A stretch of 10,904 bases of DNA from Deinococcus radiodurans R1 = ATCC 13939 = DSM 20539 (GTDB lineage Bacteria; Deinococcota; Deinococci; Deinococcales; Deinococcaceae), in contig NC_001263.1 of assembly GCF_000008565.1 (NCBI RefSeq), positions 1 through 10,904 on the forward strand, given 5' to 3'. The notes beneath the pieces are model-generated. The model worked only from the letters and a program-made list of their open reading frames with translations. It did no database searches and was not told the origin of the DNA. Made by a program: the position numbers and the translations under genes. How positions within the stretch are numbered: the stretch's first letter is position 1; each line of letters starts with the position of its first letter. Below are positions 5,438 to 10,904 of the stretch, piece after piece.

Positions 5438-6115
5438 ATGAGTGCCGTCATTCACCTGCAAGCGCTGGGGCTGACCGAATACGAGGCGCGGGCCTACACC
5501 GCACTGCTGGCCCTGGGCCGCGCGGTTCCGGCGCGGGTGGCGCGTCAGGCGGGCATTCCCCGGCCCAAGATCTACGAAACCCTGGAGCGTCTGGAGGGCC
5601 GGGGGCTGTCGGCCAAGGTGGGGCAAAACCCGCTGGAATACGCGCCCCTCTCGGCCCGCGAGTACCTGTCGCGTTCGCGGCGTTCTTTCGACGACCGATT
5701 GGCGGCCCTGGACCGCGACCTCTCGCGCCTCGCCCCCGACCCGGCGCCCGAAGCGGTGTATCACCTCAACGGCGAGGCGGCCATTCGCAGCCTGGCCGAA
5801 GACCTGGTGCTCAACGCCCGGCGCTGCGTGTACCTGGCGGGCGAGCAGTCGCTGGCCGAACGCCTGGAGCGCCTCACCCCGCGCGGCGTGGAGCTGCTGC
5901 GGGCCGACCTCTCCGACCTGCCGCCCATCGCCGCGCAGGGGCAGCGGGCCTTCCTGCTCGCCCGCGACACCGAGGCCGCGCTCGTCGGGCACTTTATTGC
6001 CGAGGGCGAAAGCGGCGAGGCACACGGTGTTCACACCCACAACCCGGTCATCGTCCATCTGATTGAGGGCTACGTGAAGCTGGCGGCGCAGAAAGCAGTA
6101 CAGAACAGAAGCTGA
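5438..6115 (+). CDS. TrmB-family-like winged-HTH transcriptional regulator
   Basis: The N-terminus MSAVIHLQALGLTEYEARAYTALLALGRAVPARVARQAGIPRPKIYETLERLEGRGL matches the TrmB-type HTH pattern. The ATG at 5438 is 7 nt after the Nudix stop, so an operon is likely. The ORF track begins at TTG 5372, which would overlap the Nudix gene. Confidence 0.7.
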   Translation: MSAVIHLQALGLTEYEARAYTALLALGRAVPARVARQAGIPRPKIYETLERLEGRGLSAKVGQNPLEYAPLSAREYLSRSRRSFDDRLAALDRDLSRLAPDPAPEAVYHLNGEAAIRSLAEDLVLNARRCVYLAGEQSLAERLERLTPRGVELLRADLSDLPPIAAQGQRAFLLARDTEAALVGHFIAEGESGEAHGVHTHNPVIVHLIEGYVKLAAQKAVQNRS

Positions 6116-6151
6116 CCCCGATGCCCTTCTCTGGGCGCGAGGTCAGCTTCT
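6107..6151. terminator. 11-bp perfect inverted repeat between convergent genes (candidate bidirectional terminator)
   Basis: AGAAGCTGACC (6107-6117, includes the TGA stop of the TrmB-like gene) pairs with GGTCAGCTTCT (6141-6151). There is an inner GCCC/GGGC stem at 6123-6136. No strong U-tract is present. Confidence 0.4.
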
Positions 6152-6161
6152 GTGGCCTGAA

Positions 6162-6845
6162 TTACAGCTCGGTCGTCTCGCCGGGGTCAAGGACCCGGAC
6201 CTCCACGCCGCGCCGTTCGCCCTCGGTGCGGAAGACGGCGGGGTCGCCGGTCAGGGCCGGGAAAGTCGCGTAGTGCATGGGAATGGCAACGCGCGGACGC
6301 AGCAAGTCCAGCGTGCGCCCGGCCTCTTCCGGCCCCATGGTGTAGTGGTCGCCGATGGGCAGGAACGCGAGGTCGAGTTCGCGGTCCCCGATCAGGCGCA
6401 TGTCGGAAAACAGCGCGGTGTCGCCCGCGAAATACAGGCGCTGGCCGCCGAACTCGATGACCAGACCCGTGGGCATTCCGCCGTAGGTGCCGTCGGGAAA
6501 GGAGCTCGAGTGCCACGCGGGGGTCAGGGAAACGCTGCCCCACTCGGCGCGGTAGGTGCCGCCGATGTTCATGCCGACGGCGTTGTTGGCGCCGTGCGCT
6601 CCGGCGTACCCGGCGATCTCGGCGGTGGCGATGATCGGCACGCCCGCCCGTCCGAAATCCAGGGCGTTGCCCCAGTGGTCGCCGTGGGCGTGGCTGATGA
6701 GCACGGCGCTCGGCTGCCACGACTGCACTTCGCCGAGGGTCACCGGGCAGCGCGGGTTGCCTTCGAGAAAGGGTTCGATGAGCAGACGGTGCGTCCCGTC
6801 ATCGAGAAAGAAAGTGCTGTGGCCGAGAGAACGGATCTTGAGCAT
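6162..6845 (-). CDS. UPF0173-family metal-dependent hydrolase (metallo-beta-lactamase fold)
   Basis: It carries the HxHxDH motif (ISHAHGDHWG) and starts MLKIRSLGHSTF, which is typical of UPF0173/YtkL-like proteins. A strong SD, AGGAGG (6853-6858, minus strand), lies 7 nt before ATG 6845. The ORF-track start at 6944 is an upstream extension with no stop. Confidence 0.85.
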   Translation of the reverse strand: MLKIRSLGHSTFFLDDGTHRLLIEPFLEGNPRCPVTLGEVQSWQPSAVLISHAHGDHWGNALDFGRAGVPIIATAEIAGYAGAHGANNAVGMNIGGTYRAEWGSVSLTPAWHSSSFPDGTYGGMPTGLVIEFGGQRLYFAGDTALFSDMRLIGDRELDLAFLPIGDHYTMGPEEAGRTLDLLRPRVAIPMHYATFPALTGDPAVFRTEGERRGVEVRVLDPGETTEL

Positions 6846-7018
6846 GAGGTTGCCTCCTGGAACTCCTGAGTATGAATGAGGAGGGGCGACAGCGTGGGGA
6901 TGTTGTGCCCTTTTGTCCCCTCCCCCTGATCTCAGCCGCTTCATGGCGCGGGCCCCTATAGTAGACCGGCCCCACCTGGCGGCCCTTGCCGGTGGGCGAC
7001 CGAAGGAGCCTGCTGCCG

Positions 7019-7818
<800 letters not shown>

Positions 7819-7822
<4 letters not shown>

Positions 7823-8859
7823 GCGGCGGCGAAGCGCAGGGCAAGCGCAAACAGTGGCAGCGCTGGCTGAGCCCGCGGTACGTATGGCGGCGGCTGCGGC
7901 ACAACATCGGTCCCAAACTGGTGTCGCTGGGGGCCGCGCTGGTGCTGTGGTCGGTCAGCACGGGCGATCAGCGGGCGCAGGTGCAGCAGAGCTACGACGT
8001 GCCGATTACCGTGCGCGACACCACCGGGGCGTCGGGCAGCGACGAGCGGCGCGCCGTCAGCGACCTCAACCCCGAGACGGTGCGGGTCACGCTGACCGGG
8101 CGCCCCGAGCGCCTGAACGAACTGCGCCCCAGCAATATCGAGGCGCTGCTCGACGTGACCGGCGTGCCCGAGGGCAGTTTCAACCGCCCGGTGCAGATCG
8201 TCGCGCCGAGCAACACGGTGCTCAGCAAGCAGGTGCCCGAGCGGGTGCAGGGCTTCGTGGACAGCGAACTCAGCCGCACGCTGACCGTCACCCTGGGGGT
8301 CGCGTCGCCCGCCGAAAACAGCCTGCCGCGCTTTGAGGTCCGCCCCAGCGAGGTGCAGGCCACCGCCCCGAGCCGGGTGCTCAATCAGGTGACGCGGGTG
8401 GTGACCAGCCCGGTCGACCTCGACCCCGGTGAGGAACGCGAGGCCCCCCTGATTGCCCTCGACAGCCGGGGCCGGGTGGTCGAGCCGGTCACGCTGCACC
8501 CCGCCAGCGTGTCGGTGCAGCGCCTCGATACCGGGACGCTGCCGGTCAAGACGTTACCGGTGGTGCTGGGGGCGCCCCCGGCGAGCCTGCGCGTTCAGTC
8601 CCAGACCCTGCAACCGCGCACGGTGCGGGTGGTCGCCGCCCCCGAACTGCTGGGGCGCCTGCGCGAGGTCAGCGGTCAGGTGGACTACCGGGTGGGCAGC
8701 TCCACCCTGCCCGTCACGCTGCGGCTGCCCGACGGGGCACAGGCGCTCGAGACCGTCAGCGTCAGCCTTGTCGTCGAGCGGATCAAGGCCCCCGACCCCG
8801 GCGCGGGAGCGCCCACCCAGCAAAAGTCGGGGGCGTCGTCGAGCAGTGGTGGGAATTGA
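7819..8859 (+). CDS. cdaR: YbbR-domain protein, CdaA regulator-like (CdaR)
   Basis: Its ATG overlaps the cdaA stop (ATGA at 7819-7822), with a GAGG 6 nt upstream. It has an N-terminal basic segment plus a TM helix (LVSLGAALVLWSV), followed by repeated beta-rich YbbR-like modules. The position after cdaA is the conserved arrangement. Confidence 0.75.
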
Positions 8860-8908
8860 GCAAAGCTTCCTGAGGCCCCAGGCAGCTCATACCCGCTTCC
8901 CAGGCCCG

Positions 8909-8917
8909 TGGGATACT
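8909..8917 (+). promoter_or_regulatory. Candidate extended -10 (TGgGATACT) for the VanW-domain gene; predicts a leaderless mRNA
   Basis: The sequence reads cgTGgGATACTccagccgATG. Seven nt separate the hexamer from ATG 8925, and there is no Shine-Dalgarno. Confidence 0.35.
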
Positions 8918-8924
8918 CCAGCCG

Positions 8925-10283
8925 ATGACCAAGTTCGTGTCTGCCCCGCTGATCTGCGGTTTGGCGCTGCTGGGGGCGCTGAGTGCCGCCCACGCCCAGA
9001 CCGGTATTCCGGCGCTGCCGCCCATTGCTCAGCCGCTTCCTGTTCCGGCGCCGGCTCCTGTCACGCCGCCTGCGCCAACGGTTCCGGTGCCCCAGGAACC
9101 CGCTCCGGTGCCGCAACCCCCAATGCCACAACCGTCAGTCCCTCAAACCCCGGCTCCCCAGAAGCCGGTCACGCCCCGTCCGGCCCCCGCTCCCAGCCGC
9201 GCCCCGCTGCTGATTCAGGCGCGGGCCAACGTTCCGGCGCTGGTGGCAGGCAAAAAGACGACGGTGCCGGTGCTCAAGACGCTGACCATTCCTGCCGAGC
9301 GCGCCGCCCAGTTGCGTCAGCGCGGTGAGGTGTCGGCCAGCCTGCAGGCGGACCTCGACACCTTCCTGAAGTCGCTCGCCGCTCCGCGAGACGCCCGCTT
9401 CGAGCAGCAGGACGACGGGCAGTGGGCCGTGGTGCAGCCCAACGGCCTGAAGGTGGACGCGCAGGCGACCCGCGCCGCCGTAGCCAAGGTCCTGCGCGAC
9501 CCGCGCGGCGTGAGCGCCAACGTGGTCGTGACCGGACAGGTCGCGCCGCAGCGCACGCTCGATTTCTTCGCCTCGCGCGGTATTACCACCTTTCTCGCGA
9601 CCGGCTTTACCAGCTACTACGGCAGCAGCCCCGAGCGCGTCAAGAACATTCACGTCGGTGCCCAGAACTTCAAGGACCGGCTGTTCGAGGGCGACGTGTT
9701 TTCCTTCAACAAGTTCATCGGCCCGGTCAGCGAGCGCAACGGCTACGTGCCGGGGCTGGTCATCGCGGGCGACCAGACGGCGAGCGGCGTGGGCGGCGGT
9801 ATCTGCCAGGTCAGCACCACCGTCTTCCGCACGCTCTACGGCGCGGGGCTGGGCATCGTGCAGCGGCAAAACCACTCGTATCAGGTTTTCTATTACGACC
9901 CGCAGGGCCTCGACGCCACCATCTACCAACCGCAGCTCGATCTGAAATTCGCCAACACCACCGGCGGCCCCATCTGGTTCCAGACCGAGTGGGACGACCA
10001 GGAAGCCACCCTGACCATCACCGCCTTCGGGCAGGCGCGCGACTATCAGGTGCAGGTGGACGCGCCCAAGACCCTCAAGACCGTCGCCCCGCCCAAAGAC
10101 CGCCTGATTCCCGACGCCTCGCTTCCCGCCGGGCAGCGCAAGCAGGTGGACTGGGCCGCGCCGGGCGCCACCATCGAGGTCACGCGCCGCTTCACGCGCG
10201 GCGGCAAGACCTTCAAGCAGGACACGCTGCGAAGTGTGTACCGCCCCTGGCCGAACATTTTCCGGGTGGGGACGAAGAAATAG
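8925..10283 (+). CDS. Secreted VanW-domain protein with an N-terminal signal peptide and a Pro-rich linker
   Basis: The signal peptide is [26 protein letters not shown] Pro-rich stretch of ~65 aa spans about nt 9000-9200. The C-terminal region contains [29 protein letters not shown], which is characteristic of the VanW domain. Confidence 0.8.
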   Translation: MTKFVSAPLICGLALLGALSAAHAQTGIPALPPIAQPLPVPAPAPVTPPAPTVPVPQEPAPVPQPPMPQPSVPQTPAPQKPVTPRPAPAPSRAPLLIQARANVPALVAGKKTTVPVLKTLTIPAERAAQLRQRGEVSASLQADLDTFLKSLAAPRDARFEQQDDGQWAVVQPNGLKVDAQATRAAVAKVLRDPRGVSANVVVTGQVAPQRTLDFFASRGITTFLATGFTSYYGSSPERVKNIHVGAQNFKDRLFEGDVFSFNKFIGPVSERNGYVPGLVIAGDQTASGVGGGICQVSTTVFRTLYGAGLGIVQRQNHSYQVFYYDPQGLDATIYQPQLDLKFANTTGGPIWFQTEWDDQEATLTITAFGQARDYQVQVDAPKTLKTVAPPKDRLIPDASLPAGQRKQVDWAAPGATIEVTRRFTRGGKTFKQDTLRSVYRPWPNIFRVGTKK

Positions 10284-10303
10284 CAGAGGGCGAAGTGTAG
10301 AGA

Positions 10304-10330
10304 GGGAGAGGCGATGGTGCGGCCTCTCCC
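10304..10330 (+). terminator. Stem-loop downstream of the VanW-domain gene (candidate terminator)
   Basis: GGGAGAGGC-gatggtgcg-GCCTCTCCC forms a 9-bp perfect stem 21 nt after the stop. It is followed by CCTTTCCTT, which is only moderately U-rich. Confidence 0.5.
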
Positions 10331-10391
10331 CCTTTCCTTAAAACCGTATTTTTTCCATCAATGGTTCGTGCAGTTTTGAGCCCAAAAGGAA

Positions 10392-10438
10392 AGACCCATT
10401 GAAAATGGAGCTGTGAAATCACCGCTTCCAATGGGTCT
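10392..10438 (+). repeat. 10-bp perfect inverted repeat enclosing the transposase start codon
   Basis: AGACCCATTG (10392-10401) pairs with CAATGGGTCT (10429-10438) across a 27-nt spacer. The right arm contains ATG 10431-10433. Confidence 0.6.
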
Positions 10439-10904
10439 GATGGCCATCCTACAGTACGTTCTCAGCGCGGTCCCGCTGCGCAAGACGCAGCGGAATTTCC
10501 TGACCGTGCTGCTCAGCGTTTTTCTCGCTGTTCCTGGACGGCTGAACGCCCTGAATCTCTCCCGGTATGCAGCCTGCTCGGAGAGTACGATTCGTCGTTG
10601 GCTGCACCGAAGTGACGATGGGGCCATTCCGTGGGGCGCGTTACACCAGGCGACTGTCAGTACAGCAATCGAGAGTGGGCTGATCAGCCCACTGTGCGTT
10701 CTGGCCATCGACGCCTCTTTTCACCGCAAAGCCGGTCAGCACACCGCACACCTCGGCTCGTTCTGGAATGGCTGTGCCGCGCGGACCGAACGCGGAATCG
10801 AGCAATCCTGTTGTGCCCTCATTGATGTCCAGCACCGGCAGGCCTTGACGGTCGATGTCCGTCAGACCCTGACCGGGTCTGAGGCTCCAACTCGTCTGGA
10901 ACAG
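10431..10904 (+). CDS. DDE transposase, N-terminal 158 codons (partial, continues beyond the window)
   Basis: The frame is open from 10380 to the window end and was absent from the ORF track because it has no stop. My translation is MGLMAILQYVLSAVPLRKTQRNFLTVLLSVFLAVPGRLNALNLSRYAACSESTIRRWLH...CVLAIDASFHRKAGQHTAHLGSFWNGCAARTERGIEQSCCALIDV. The xIDxSFxxKxG...G.FWNG...G.E pattern is typical of the first catalytic-Asp region of IS4/IS701-like transposases. Alternative starts are GTG 10413 and ATG 10440. Confidence 0.7.
   Translation, partial: MGLMAILQYVLSAVPLRKTQRNFLTVLLSVFLAVPGRLNALNLSRYAACSESTIRRWLHRSDDGAIPWGALHQATVSTAIESGLISPLCVLAIDASFHRKAGQHTAHLGSFWNGCAARTERGIEQSCCALIDVQHRQALTVDVRQTLTGSEAPTRLEQ

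Larger units (their letters stand above)
10334..10904 (+). mobile_element. 5' portion of an insertion sequence (IS4-like DDE transposase family). The left boundary is approximate and the right end lies outside the window.
   Basis: G+C drops abruptly after 10331. A transposase ORF starts at 10431 and runs off the window. The terminal inverted repeat cannot be defined without the other end. Confidence 0.45.

Noticed and set aside
5204-6058. 284-aa minus-strand ORF
   Set aside because: It is antisense to the TrmB-like gene and the Nudix 3' end, with no motif. It is a shadow ORF.
6846-6944. 33-codon N-terminal extension of the UPF0173 hydrolase ORF
   Set aside because: A strong AGGAGG lies 7 nt before the internal ATG at 6845, and the family's N-terminus is MLKIR-like. 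The extension simply lacks an in-frame stop.
8453-10300. 291-aa (+), 264-aa (-) and 292-aa (+) ORFs overlapping cdaR and the VanW-domain gene
   Set aside because: Their composition is extremely Arg/Ala/Pro/Gly-rich. They overlap frames that contain recognisable YbbR and VanW features. They are shadow ORFs.
10358-10835. 116-aa and 64-aa minus-strand ORFs and a 64-aa + strand ORF in the IS region
   Set aside because: They overlap the open transposase frame (10431 to the window end), which has recognisable DDE-transposase features.

Overview
High-GC bacterial chromosome segment (roughly two-thirds G+C by eye) carrying the replication origin. The protein sequences and gene order match the start of a Deinococcus chromosome, most likely D. 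radiodurans chromosome I. This identification is recognition from memory, not a database search. Order of features: dnaN (-), an oriC with 13 DnaA boxes plus an AT-rich/DnaA-trio-like unwinding module, dnaA (-), and the Deinococcus-specific DNA-damage-response gene ddrC (-) with a 17-bp RDRM palindrome over its promoter. These are followed by a tandem double-Nudix hydrolase and a TrmB-like regulator (+, probable operon), a UPF0173 metallo-beta-lactamase-fold hydrolase (-), and cdaA-cdaR (c-di-AMP synthase and its YbbR-domain partner, overlapping by 4 nt). Last come a secreted Pro-rich VanW-domain protein and the 5' part of a DDE transposase (IS element) that runs off the window end. No tRNA, rRNA or CRISPR was seen. 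Most notable points: (1) the dnaN frame is broken near 144-147, and the conserved clamp C-terminus sits in another frame ending at 93. (2) The conserved dnaA N-terminus lies upstream of any ATG/GTG/TTG, so the only SD-served candidate start is an ATC codon. (3) oriC has a box / GC cluster / TAG-trio / AT-rich architecture. (4) Several genes have a -10 element 5-8 nt from the start codon, which suggests leaderless mRNAs. (5) An inverted repeat sequesters the transposase start codon. The many other long ORFs in the track are antisense or out-of-frame shadows typical of high-GC DNA.
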